Positions 1 through 11,889 of a DNA stretch of 64,000 nt are shown here, one piece after another. Below the pieces are notes generated by a model. It had not been told where the DNA came from. It ran no database searches and worked only from the letters and a program-made list of their open reading frames with translations. The first letter of the stretch is position 1. Each line of letters opens with the position of its first letter. Source of the DNA: Euprymna scolopes (taxonomy: Eukaryota); NCBI GenBank assembly GCA_053919585.1, contig CM132798.1. One strand, 5' to 3'. The translations under genes and the position numbers were made by a program.

Positions 1-416
1 CTCCTTAAGCAATTTAGTTTTGCAAACCGGTGAATTTGTTTGAGTCACCAGCTCTAGGAAGGTTGTCATCCAAGACTGAAGAGGCCTCTCTCCCCTTTGG
101 TTTAGTTTCAGAGATTTCCTTCTCCTAGAAGGATGATCTTTCTTATTCCAGGCCCTTCTCCTCAGAGTTTTCTACACGGACTTTTCATTCCTTCTCTAAC
201 CTCGGATATTTTTAAAGAGATTTTAAAGGAAATCTTACGGAACTCATTTTGGACTCACTAAATCACGAATAGCCCCACCTATTGCGATTTTTGGATATCA
301 CTGGATATTTACAACCATACATATTGAAATTTGCTGAGTATTCCCTTTCATTTTATCTATAAATTTATACTTTTCTTTCAATTTTCTTTCTCGAATGTTT
401 TCAAAAATTGAGCTAA

Positions 417-508
417 CCAGCAAAATTAGATACTTATCTACACTTATCTTTTGCTATTTTTTTCCTTTGAGGAGAAGAGCCTTTTATTGAAACTCCATGG
501 AATAAGAA
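417..508 (+). ncRNA. Degenerate hammerhead-like motif, family X
   Basis: Upstream AGCAAAA/TTTTGCT hairpin, TTGAGGA (C3 mutated), GAAAC, palindrome TCCATGGA, ATAAG. Same layout as the 3739 and 5312 copies. Confidence 0.5.
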
Positions 509-575
509 CTCTTTCGCCTTTATTTCGCATTCCTTTCTATTATAAATTTAATTCTACCATATCTTTATTTTTCTG

Positions 576-577
<2 letters not shown>

Positions 578-622
<45 letters not shown>
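578..622. repeat. (TA)n microsatellite; similar tracts at ~3422, 3595, 4229, 5668, 29913, 37382, 54286
   Basis: Direct observation. Confidence 0.95.
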
Positions 623-627
<5 letters not shown>

Positions 628-2434
628 TAAAGGAAACAGACAAAAGTAGTGTGGTGATTATCATGAATAAGAACTACTATGAAACAAAAATTTTAGAATC
701 AATAGGGAACGAAAATTATTACAAACCAATTAGCTCTAACCATATCTAAAATCACAAAACTCTGCGCAACATACAATAGAACATTAACTAAAAAAGAAAA
801 AGGCTTCCTTAGAAACTTCACAACAAAAACAAACATCTTCTATGGACTACTCAAAATACACAAATCTAACCAAGTAAGACATGCCATCAACATACATAAG
901 CACCCCAAACCCCAATGGCCTCACATTCAGACCCATAGTAGCAGGACCATCATGCCCAACAAGCAGACTTAGCAACCTAATAAATATATTCTTACAGCCC
1001 TTCACCAATCTAGTCAGAAGTTATATAAGAGATGACACACACTTCCTTAGCTCCCTACCATAAACAGTAGGTGATGGGACAATACTAGCCACATTCGATG
1101 TTAGCAGCCTATATAGCAATATCCCACACAACCTAGGAAATAAGCTACCTCATATTGGATTGACAAACATTCACAGACTTTACACCCCAGATTCACTAAA
1201 CAATTCATGATTGACAGCATTGACATAATCCTCAATAACAACTCCTTCCAATTCAATAATGACAACTACATCCAAATACTAGGCACAGCAATGGGTACTA
1301 AAATGGCACCAACATATGCCACTCTTACACTCGCCTTCCTAGAAGAGACCCTTTATGAAAGGATAGAACAGAAATACGTGTACAATATAAAAACACTCTT
1401 CATAAAATCTTGCTTTATTCTCTGGAAGACCACATGGAGGGATATCAGAGAACTCCACACTTTGCTACACAATCTACACCCAAAACTAAACTTCACACTA
1501 GAACAAAGCTCCACAGAACTACCTTTCCTAGACATAGTAACAGTCAAAAACAAAAACATAATTACAGACATCTACCACAAACCCACCGACACTCAACAAT
1601 ACCTCCTTCTTCAACTTCAAAAGCCACCATCCTAAAAACCGTCTAAAAGCAATACCTTACTCCCTAGCACATAGAGTCTGCACCATAGTAACAGACAGAC
1701 ACCTCCGTTCGACTAGACTGAATGAACTGCAAATAACCCTGCGGAAAAGAGGATATCCACTACCACTAATACAGAAAGGTATTGAACTGGCAGAAAAAAT
1801 TCCAATAGACCAACTAAGAATCCCAAAAGAACACAACAAAGAACAAATTTTAGCATACGTTTCCACACACAACACAAACAACCCAGAACTATTTACACAG
1901 ATAACAAAAAACCTTATCCTTCTCAGTCAGAACGACAAACTAAACAACATACTAAAAACAACAAAAATAATAAAAAGCAAACGCCAACCCAAAAACTTAA
2001 AACACACCCTAACTTCCTCAAAACTCGTTCCACACACTACAAAAAGGGTTACAAAATGCAACAAACCGCGATGTGGAGTATGTGACATAATAATAGAAGG
2101 AAACACATACACATTCAAAAACCCAACACAAACATTTAAAATAAAAAAGGATCTAAATTGCACCTCCAGAAATGTAGTATATGCACTAAGATGCACAGCA
2201 TGCGACAAATCCTACATAGGCACCACCAAAAATTTCAGCAATAGAGTGGCCTTACATAAGAGCACCATCAAAATTGCAGATAACAGACATCTCTATGTTT
2301 CAAAACACGTATACACATGCAGTGGAAACAGCTTCAAAATAATGCCAATCTTCCAAACAGACAATTATTTTTATTTACTTACACAGGAAAAAAGTTTCAT
2401 AACAAGATTCACTCCCGAACTAAACAGAGCCTAA
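622..2434 (+). mobile_element. Degenerate Penelope-like retroelement ORF (reverse transcriptase + GIY-YIG endonuclease), with stops and frameshifts
   Basis: RT motifs RPIVAGPSCPTSRLS, ATFDVSSLYSNIP, GTAMGTKMAPTYA, LPFLDI, DIYHKPTDTQQYL. Then KRGYP, the Cys motif KCNKPRCGVC and the GIY-YIG-like NVVYALRCTACDKSYIGTT (~2170-2226). Confidence 0.95.
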
Positions 2435-3249
2435 TATCAATACGCAAAAACATGACATGCAAGGCATACTCACATGCACGTACATATACATATACACACC
2501 CACACATAAATCAGAACCGACACATTAAAACACACACACACACACACACACATGCATACAGCCACACACAGACATAACACCCTGACTCTAATACAACACA
2601 TTGAACAATACCAACCCTACTTTACCTCGACACCAACAACACTAGGAAACACCTAGAACCATAGTGTAGTATCTGTTCCAACACCTCGCCCTCCCCCCTC
2701 AGTCTGTGGAGGAGAAATCCTTCATGACTGAGATAACTATCATCCTTCTTCCCATGCCTATACCCCTCCAAGTGCCCCCTCCCCTCTGGGGAACGAGACC
2801 TTCCCCACACTAAGAACCGATCCTGGATCTGACCATACCCACATGGGGAGACAAATAAATAGAAATATTAAAAAATCCCCTTCGTATATGTATAAATATA
2901 CCTCTTTATCTAAACAAACATAATATTAAGAATGCCCGAACAGTCTAAGACTGAAACGAAAAATCACAATACTAAAATCTAAGAACGCAAAAAATAAATA
3001 TCAAAATTGAATGAAAACACCCTTATTTCAGAGAAGCTGGTCCCCCCCTCTTCACACACACATATTAGTAACGACCGTGGATCACAGTTGCCTTCTTAGG
3101 GAAGCAAATAACTTTATAATACTATAAAACAGAACACACATTCTTCGAACCAATACAAGAAACACACACACTCACCCCCCTCCCTCCCACATGTTTTTTT
3201 ACATTTTAAACATATCTTGAGTATATTCTAAATATCTTACATTTTAAAT

Positions 3250-3296
3250 ACTTTCTGAAGAGGACGCTTCACAGAACGTTTGAAACGTGTTAAAAA
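3250..3296 (+). ncRNA. Minimal type I hammerhead ribozyme-like motif in the 3' region of the Penelope-like element
   Basis: CTGAAGA (3255-3261), stem II ggacg/cgttt, GAAAC (3282-3286), GTGTT. Stem I is a weak ttt/aaa. Confidence 0.6.
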
Positions 3297-3413
3297 CGAT
3301 TTCAATGATTTAAAAACATTATTACAATGATCTACACATTATTTTCAATGTAAAACCAAAACACAGAATAATAAAATAATGTTAAAAAATACACATTGTT
3401 GGTGACCCCCCCC

Positions 3414-3492
<79 letters not shown>

Positions 3493-3591
3493 ATTTATTC
3501 ATACAAACATTGATGGTTACATATGTGCATACATGTTTCTGTAATCACCCGTATTGGGGAGATTATGTCTTCAGATCAAGAATTATCCGTG

Positions 3592-3649
<58 letters not shown>

Positions 3650-3738
3650 CAAATAGTTAATAAAATATGTTAAAAAACACTTTGAAATGAGTTAAAAACA
3701 TATTTAATCTGAAAAGGAAACACTAGATAAATGGATAG

Positions 3739-3822
3739 TCCTTAATCCGCGGAGTTTCGGAGAAATACTTTCTTTCTCATCAGAGGGTAGAAATTAGCAA
3801 AATGCGGGATCGGATTTTGCAT
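3739..3822 (-). ncRNA. Hammerhead ribozyme-like motif, family X
   Basis: Reverse strand reads ccct CTGATGA gaaagaaagtatttctcc GAAAC TCCGCGGA TTA agga, preceded by a GCAAAAT/ATTTTGC hairpin. Confidence 0.7.
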
Positions 3823-4225
3823 GCAGAAGTATTTGATGAAACAACAAGTAAGTTAAAGATCTTACTTGAAAACAAAAAAAGTGAAGCAGAGGGAATATAG
3901 TGAAAGAAAAAAGTGATTACACATGAATGGATAGTCTGGTGGAAAATAAAAAATCCAGTGATGGTAAAATCCAAATGTAAATCTTCAAGAAAGTTAAAAG
4001 AATTTCCATTTGTACAGGTAAAATCCCAGGAAATCCCATATTTGGAAGAAGATGTTCCATAATAATCCAAAGGCAGAAATCCATGGAATAATTCACAAAA
4101 ATGTGTACAAGGAATAAAGAAAAGATTCCAAAAATATTAATAAAAGAAAAATAAGATATGCTTTTCACTCTACTTCCGAGACATAAATATAAATAAGAAA
4201 GGTCAGGGAAGAGAGAGAGAGGGGG

Positions 4226-4261
<36 letters not shown>

Positions 4262-4266
<5 letters not shown>

Positions 4267-5525
4267 TTGTAATTCAATGAATTTCAAAAAACTCTCATTG
4301 AAATGAAATGAAGTGGTTGAGTTTCATATCAAAGAATTTTTATTATTCTAACCAAGACAAAGAATGCTTCAGAAAATTAATCTCCTTAACCTATAGGGTT
4401 TCGATGTCTACCCTCTATTCAGAGGAGAGAAAATATTAGCAAATAGTTATAAAGGTATGCACCCTATTTGCTAAAGTCAGTGAGACATGGAAAGTCAAAG
4501 TGAAAATAATGCATTTATCAGAAGTCCTGTAGCAGGAGGATTTGTAGAAAAAGAATATGAATGTTTTTGTAGATCCAGCTTGCTTGGTAAAATCCATGTT
4601 TTTTTTTTTCTTTTTTTTTTTTTATTTAATTTTCACCCCAAACAAGACACAGTGCCACTTTGAAGCAGTAGGGACTTAATTAGCGGGGTCATTATGAAGG
4701 GAGAAGAGTAGAAAGATGTTTGTTAACATTACACTTGAACTTCTGCATATCATTGCAGTTGGGAAAGCAGAATCCCGGAAGGGAGTTCCAAAGACCCGCA
4801 GTTCTGGGGAAGAAACTATTGGAGTAAAAGGCTTTCTTGCACCTAGGGATCTCTACTGTAAAGGGATGAGACTTAGTAGCTTGTCGGGTTTGTCGGGGGT
4901 AGTCACGTCGGGGAGGTACAAGTGTTTGCAGTTCGTCAGAGCATTCACCATTAAAGTATGTTATACGTTCTTTACATCCGTTTGGTAATAATGTCCAAAC
5001 TATATATTGGGTAATCCGCATAGCTGTGTAGATATCCGAATCGGGCAAGTACTTGTTTAAATTTAAATATATAATTAAATTTATATATTTAAACAAGCAC
5101 TTGCCCGATTCGGATATCTACACAGCTATGCGGATTACCCAATATATAGTTTGGACATTATTACCAAACTGATGTAAAGAAGGTATAACATGGATTTTAC
5201 CAAGCAAGCTGGATCTACAAAAACATTCATATCCTTTTTCTACAAATCCTCCTGCTACAGGACTTCTGATAAATGCATTATTTTCACTTTGACTTTCCAT
5301 GTCTCACTGACTTTAGCAAATAGGGTGCATACCTTTATAACTATTTGCTAATATTTTCTCTCCTCTGAATAGAGGGTAGACATCGAAACCCTATAGGTTA
5401 AGGAGATTAATTTTCTGAAGCATTCTTTGTCTTGCTTAGAATAATAAAAATTCTTTGATATGAAACTCAACCACTTCATTTCATTTCAATGAGAGTTTTT
5501 TGAAATTCATTGAATTACAATTTAA
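4262..5525. repeat. Near-perfect long palindrome (arms ~450 bp, centre ~5075) with a family-X hammerhead-like motif in each arm; left arm interrupted by a LINE
   Basis: 4262-4598 plus 4958-5072 is the reverse complement of ~5078-5525. Motifs lie at 4381-4475 (-) and 5312-5406 (+). Confidence 0.92.
4599..4957 (-). mobile_element. LINE family A (CR1/L2/Jockey group), 5'-truncated 3' end with poly(A)
   Basis: SNSFFPRTAGLWNSLP...FKCNVNKHL*. The 3' UTR is shared with other copies, a poly(T) run lies on +, and ATGTT occurs at both flanks. Confidence 0.9.
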
Positions 5526-5666
5526 TTTATTTGCTCTATCTTGTGTATCGAGCAATTCTTGTTTAGATGGGATAACTTATAGAATATTACTGCCAGTAAT
5601 ATTTTGTAAACCTACAATCTCACGTTTCCATAACAACTGATTGTTAAATAAAAACTATTCTGAAGA

Positions 5667-5726
<60 letters not shown>

Positions 5727-5969
5727 AATGAAAAAAGTCTGTATTCCAAATTCATAATGTGTTGACCATCTTACAATTTATTCCTTTAATTACGTTGACA
5801 TTTACAATTTTTGACAGTGACTGTTTCGTAGTGCAAAATCATTCATTTAATTATTATATCAATTAATGGATCTATTTTTCCCTGAACTCATCAGCAGAAA
5901 AAGCTATTATTAACCACCAAAAGAAAATAAAATTTATTTGGGCATGATTACAAAATCAAACAATTCAAA

Positions 5970-6800
5970 ATGGCGTGATAAAAGATGAAATAAAAGGTAA
6001 TTGCAACTTCTCTTCCAATTTTCGGGATCGATGTCATCATTGGAATGGATGTAATCAATAAGATAGGAGGTGTCACTACAAAGAAAGCTGAGATAAAAAT
6101 TGGAGATGTACAGAGATGATTGTGCCGTAGCTTCCCATCAGTTGAATGTTTGCAAAATTGAGGATAAATATTTTGAAGCAAATTTTGGTGGAGAGAAATG
6201 AACAGCAAAATAAAAATTAAAGAGAGAGCCTCCAGTGTTACAAAATAGAATAAAATATAAGAATTCACTGGAAAGTCAGTAAAACCCAGAGTTTCAAAAG
6301 GAAGTAGAAAGATGGATAGTAGACGGTATTCTTTTACTATGGAAGAAGAAAAAAAGGTGTATTACCATTGATGGCAGTGTTCCAAACTATGAAAGAGAAA
6401 GTGAGGCCAGTGTTAAACTTTTATAAATTAAACTGCTTGGTACCGTGTCATACAAGGAGCAACACAATAAATGTGTGTGATGAAAAGATGAGAAAGTGGA
6501 AACGGTTAGTGGGACGAACTTGTGGACTTTAAGTTTGCCTACTTGCAGTTACATGCGACAAAGGAACTATGGCAATACCTGCTAGTCTGCTAGAAAGGAA
6601 AACTTATTGCCTGACATGGTTAGGATGCAGACTTAATGTTGCAGCGAAGATTTTAAAATAGTATTAAAAAAGGAAACAAAACAAAAATGGCTACCGATCC
6701 ATACACTGATGATATCATCGTGGCTGTAATAAAAATATTGACAAAAGAAGTTGTCGAACATTTGAAAGGATTTGGGCTAACACCAAAACGGCAAAATCCC
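5970..6800 (+). mobile_element. Degenerate Ty3/Gypsy-like protease-RT fragment
   Basis: Across frameshifts: IDVIIGMDVINKIGGV, KEKVRPVLNFYKLN, VDLKFAYLQL, YTDDIIV, VVEHLKGFGL. Confidence 0.7.
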
Positions 6801-7379
6801 TGGCTTGATGTCAATCGAGTGATTCCAGCTCAAATATACAAAATCCCGGGAAAATTGGAACTTTGAAGAATTGGATAAGATTATTGGCATAACATACTAT
6901 CATGAGAAACATATTTATCAATTGAACATTTTCTTGTTGAGTGAATGCCATTACTGAATCTAAAAAGAAATAAAAAACTCAATAGCCTTACAAAATCTTA
7001 ATGCATTTAGCCTTAAAATGACATCACTGCCATCTTGCTACAATTCATAGTTAAGCAGATAGGAGGACTTGAAATGTTCCCAAGACTTTTGGAACACGCT
7101 GTATATTTTTCTTGTAGTCTATTGGTTTTACAGGATTCCAAATTCCAAAACAAGAATTCATCTTGTGTGGTGCAGTTACTATGGGCAACATCACTTGAAG
7201 ATGCTACACCAATTGTTGTATAAAACAGTGTGGATTAGCCATACTAAGGGGATCTAATTTAAACTTCCAATACTAAGTTATATTTAATAATTGGTTAGGG
7301 TTTACTTGTATAGAGAAGTATACCCATGTCAAGTTGTCTTGACAAAACTCTGTACAGAAAGACTTTAAAGCTTCTAGGG

Positions 7380-7770
7380 CAACATATAGTAGGCATTCAA
7401 GTTCTTTTGAAGATTCTAACAGTCCATTTAAGTGCAATAGTTTGTATATCTCTTGTACTTGGTTCACCGGGTATATTTGCCAGGTAGTTTTTGAAATTCT
7501 TTTTATGGGTTTGGTTGCTACTGTAATTACTGGAATGATGACGATCGTGCCAAGCCTCCAGTTTCTTTTCATGCTATACATGAGATCTTGGTATTTCGTT
7601 ATCTTTTCCCTCTTAGCTTTGTTTAATTCAGCATCATTGGGGACACTAACTTCTACTTGTGTCAAGGGAAATAGTTTGTGAAGATAATGGATATTTTATA
7701 TCCGAGCTTATACGTTTTTAACAACCGTGTGTTCAGTTTTATCTTTCCAGAAGACAAGGACGCCATTTTG
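7380..7770 (-). mobile_element. C-terminal fragment of an RLE-type (R2/R4/NeSL group) non-LTR retrotransposon
   Basis: VEVSVPND...KREKITKYQDL...WRLGTIVIIPVI matches the restriction-like endonuclease tail. Confidence 0.7.
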
Positions 7771-7850
7771 TGTGTTGCGATATTGTGGCTAACACACATC
7801 TGTACTGAAACAAAGAGAAAAAGATGGATAACAGCAAAGAAACAAATATT

Positions 7851-8645
7851 TTCCTTAATTGGAATTCATTTTTGAGATGAGCATTATATATATTAATTTT
7901 ATTTTTATTTCGGACTATTATTCTCATCTTAATAAAGATGAGAATAATAGTCCGAAATAAAAATAAAATTAATATATATAATGCTCATGTTATTGTTTTC
8001 ATCTTTATTGGTTGTTGTTTTTCACAACGTTTCGGCCAACTATTCCTCTGGCCTTCGTCAGGTGGTAACTGTGACGGATAGGAACTTTGAATCTCCTAAT
8101 TGCATTCTTAGCAATCACTGCCATCCATAGTTGTTGTCGTCTCACCACGTTTTGGCCAAGTAAACCTCTGGCCGGCTTTTGGGTAGGATTGAAACCGCTA
8201 TCTTCAGACAATGCTCGTCTGGAACCGTAGAGATTCAACGTCTCTATCAACTGCGCCACGGGCCCCGAAGGGCTATCTAGGTTGGATTCTTTGATCTTAT
8301 AAATCCACTTTTATTTATTATCCGATCTTCCATAGTCGGGTCCGTACAAATGGGAATAATAGTCCGAAATAAAAATAAAATTAATATATATATAATGTTC
8401 ATCTCAAAAATGAATTCCAATTAAGGAATAATATATATATACCAATCGGTACGGACCCGACTATGGAAGATCAGATAATAAATAAACATGGATTTATAAG
8501 ATCAAAGAATGCAGTTAGGAGATTCGAAGTTCCTATACGTCGTGGTTACCACCTGATGAAGGCCAGAGGAATAGTTGGCCGAAACGTCGTGAAAAAGCAA
8601 CAACCAATAAAAATGAAAACAACCAATAAAGATGAGAATAATAAT
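7851..8645. repeat. Compound inverted repeat with family-Y hammerhead motifs at 8023-8064 (-) and 8550-8591 (+)
   Basis: ~7995-8107 is inverted to ~8506-8640, 8284-8346 to 8450-8510, and 8357-8430 to 7851-7925. A perfect 54-bp-arm palindrome spans 7877-7988. Confidence 0.9.
8550..8591 (+). ncRNA. Minimal (dimer-type) hammerhead ribozyme motif, family Y
   Basis: CAC CTGATGA A GGCCA-loop-TGGCC GAAAC GTC GTG: intact core, GUC cleavage triplet, ACGT palindromic stem III, 3-bp stem I. Confidence 0.7.
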
Positions 8646-8809
8646 CTTAGTAAAGAAGCAGTTGGGTTGACATACATGCACTTTTATTCTCACTCACATC
8701 AAGGATTTTTATTTGTTTAAAGCAAACTAATCAAACAGTACAAAAAGGTTTATATACATCGAACTGACTGAAGCGGCATTCATAATGAAGTTTCATTCAC
8801 AAGTGGTCC

Positions 8810-8995
8810 CCAGTCATATTGTTGCCATATCTGGACGGGTGCATCCACCATTAGTCTTTCCATCTTAGACAGGGTCCAAAAAAGACTCTCCAATCTAATA
8901 GGTCGCGCTCTATTAACAAAGCCCCATCTCGTCTCATCGCCCCAATGTTTCTATTTTAATAGAATTGGTTCAGATGAATTCATTGCACTTATACT
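8810..8995 (+). mobile_element. Degenerate LINE family A fragment
   Basis: YCCHIWTGASTISLSILDRVQKRLSNLIG. Confidence 0.75.
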
Positions 8996-9635
8996 TTCTT
9001 GACATTCATGGCTAATGATACACTGCCTGAAATGACAGGGTGGAACGATAAAAGTGTCGCCCTAAAGAAAACAACACTACAGCTTTATATTACTTGTTTT
9101 GATCGGACTATTGTTCTCATCTTGAGTGTTATTTGCTCAACATTCCGGTTGGATTGTCCTTCGACCATCTTCAGGCATGATGGTTGTTGTTTGGAAAAGA
9201 AAAGAGAAAAGACGGACCATTATGTGTCTTATCTGACTAAACAAAAATATTTATTCGTGAAAGCTTTGTTAAAAAGTTATCAAGCATAAATGTAGGGAGT
9301 AAAAGGTTTACTTTATAAAATATTGTTAAAAATCTTTATGCGAATTAAATTCACGAAATATATTTTAAGTGCTAGTCAGTGTAGATATAATAACAAGTTG
9401 GGAATATGAATAAAGGCATTAATTGAAAAAATTCTTTGGCATGTTGAAAGAATACACAAAAGTTTTTGAATTAGTAGATGTAAAACAGTTGAGATAGCAT
9501 GGTCAGTTCACAGGGGCAATACAAGGAAAACATAGAAGGAAGTGATAAAGATAGACATGAGTGAAAGAGTGATCAACAAAGACCTAGTTTAGAAGTCAAT
9601 TTCTAAAAGCCGTCCAACACATGCCAGCATGTAAA

Positions 9636-9861
9636 NNNNNNNNNNNNNNNNNNNNNNNNNNNNNNNNNNNNNNNNNNNNNNNNNNNNNNNNNNNNNNNNN
9701 NNNNNNNNNNNNNNNNNNNNNNNNNNNNNNNNNNNNNNNNNNNNNNNNNNNNNNNNNNNNNNNNNNNNNNNNNNNNNNNNNNNNNNNNNNNNNNNNNNNN
9801 NNNNNNNNNNNNNNNNNNNNNNNNNNNNNNNNNNNNNNNNNNNNNNNNNNNNNNNNNNNNN
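9636..9861. other. Assembly gap
   Basis: Run of N. Confidence 1.
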
Positions 9862-10243
9862 TACAAATAAAAACATTGAATAAAGAAAATCTTTAGAAAT
9901 CAGCTTTCAGACTCAAATTGTTTTTCTGTATATAAACAGAGAGGTTTTATTTGAAGATCATCCTCCCAGGCATTACTTCCTACTTCGAAGGGGTTGCTGG
10001 TTGACTGGGGCGTCCCTAACGATTAATGCCAATAGGTCTGATCGAGGGAATTTTTATAATCTTCAAGCCCCACAATAGAGGGTGGTTTGGGTTACCATAC
10101 AGAAAAACCTGACATCCACTGTTTTGTGAGATGAAGGATGAATATGAAAAAAGGCATTAAATGACATAATTAAAATGCGTTGAAATAATTGTCAGTTTTG
10201 TTCTCGTGAGAAAACATGGAGACATCATTTTCTCATGCATATT

Positions 10244-10244
10244 T

Positions 10245-10292
<48 letters not shown>
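10244..10292. repeat. (GAT)n microsatellite
   Basis: Direct observation. Confidence 0.95.
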
Positions 10293-10293
<1 letters not shown>

Positions 10294-10633
10294 GGAGACA
10301 AGTCTCATCGTCATCCATCTAACTCTGCATCAAGTTAACCAGAAAATTGATTTTGAAAATAATAAGATGAAATAACAATTCTCTCATGAATTTGATCGCA
10401 AATGAGGTGGAGAGCCTGATGAGACTTTTCAAAATGAACTTTTGTGGACGCGTCATTTTTATACCGGATCTTGCCAATAACGATTGCAATTGACTGCATT
10501 TCAGTTTTCAAATTTGATATTGTTATCACATTTTTTACAAGAAATAGAAAAATTTGTAAAGTACCTCCTTCTCCTCCTCCTCCTCCTCCTCCTCCTCCTC
10601 CTCCTCCTCCTCCTCCTTAATTTTATTGTCTTA

Positions 10634-11566
10634 CTTGCATTTCTGTCCGGCTTTGCCCGGGCCCTATGTACTGTTCATAACTTTCCCTACGTGTGAATAC
10701 ACTTTATATAAGATTTCAAATGTTTGAACCAGAAATTATCTAAGTAAGTTCGTACAGATTGCAGAGGTCAATTTTTTATAACCTGGACCCTAATTTTGAC
10801 CCCTAAACATTTATTATTTTGGTCTCAAATCAAAATAAAAAAGTTTTACCCATGTCGAAGTTACCTACATCTAAAATTTCAAGTCTTTAGAACCGAAATT
10901 GGTGGAGAAATTTGGTAGAATCTGCAAAGCTCAATTCTTTCAATTTTGATATTTTGGCAGCCAAATTTTCGCCGCAAAACTGATTAAAATGCTTGCCGCA
11001 TGTCTGAATACCCGTTATGTATAAATTTTAAATGTTTAGACCTAAAATTGGCTGAGTAGTTTGCTAGACACTGTAAAGATCAAATCTTTTGAACTTTGAC
11101 CCCTTAGCAGCTCAAATTTTCGGTAAAACCGATTAAAAGTCTCTGAATCTCTGAATATCCTTTATGTAAAATTTCCAATGTTCAGACCAGAAATTAGCTG
11201 AATAATTTGGTAGACCTGTAGAGATCAATTTTTTTTAATTTGACCCCAATTTTAACCCCTTAATATTTATTTTTTGAGCTCAAATCAAATTAATAAGTTT
11301 GATCCATGTCCAAGTAACCTACATTTAAAATTTCAAGTGTTTAGACCCAAAATTGACGGGGGGAGTTTTGTAGAGGTTTTAAAGGTCAAATCGTTGAACT
11401 TTGACCCCTTAACAGCGAAATTTCTGGCCGAAAACTGATTAAGAAGATTTTCCCAAATCTCAATACCCCTTATGTCAAATCTCGAATCTCTAGACCCAAA
11501 ATTGACAGAATTATTTGGTAAGGAAATAAACACAGACAGACATTTCCACTTTTATAGATATATAGA
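10634..11566 (-). mobile_element. Non-autonomous Helitron with internal subrepeats, same family as 42007-42403
   Basis: On the minus strand it starts A|TCTATATATC, has a (TGTC)n tract, a subterminal CCCGGGCAAAGCCGG hairpin, and ends CAAG|T (mutated CTAG). There is no TSD. Confidence 0.8.
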
Positions 11567-11889
11567 TTCCTCAACGTTTTCAATGCATTTAATAATAGCA
11601 GAAAAATTTGTAAAGTACATCCTCCTCCTTCTTCTTCTCCACTTTCCCTCCTCCTCCTTCATTTTATTGCCTTATTTCTCAACGTTTTTTGATCTCAGTC
11701 TCCAAGTTTGTCGATTTTAAAGATTGATTCTGTTCAAATTCCATCTCGTAAAGTCTTTGTTGATGATTTCCATCTAACTTTTTTTCAAGTCCTCCAATTT
11801 TCCTCCGGCCTTCTATCTATCTTTTTTTTCCGGCCTTCAACTTGCATTTTCTTATCCACGAACTCTTCGCCTCTTTCGATAACCTTGCA

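Noticed and set aside
3396-3656. ORFs with YI, LS/ER, poly-L, poly-H or X runs (here and elsewhere)
   Set aside because: They are translations of microsatellites or N gaps.
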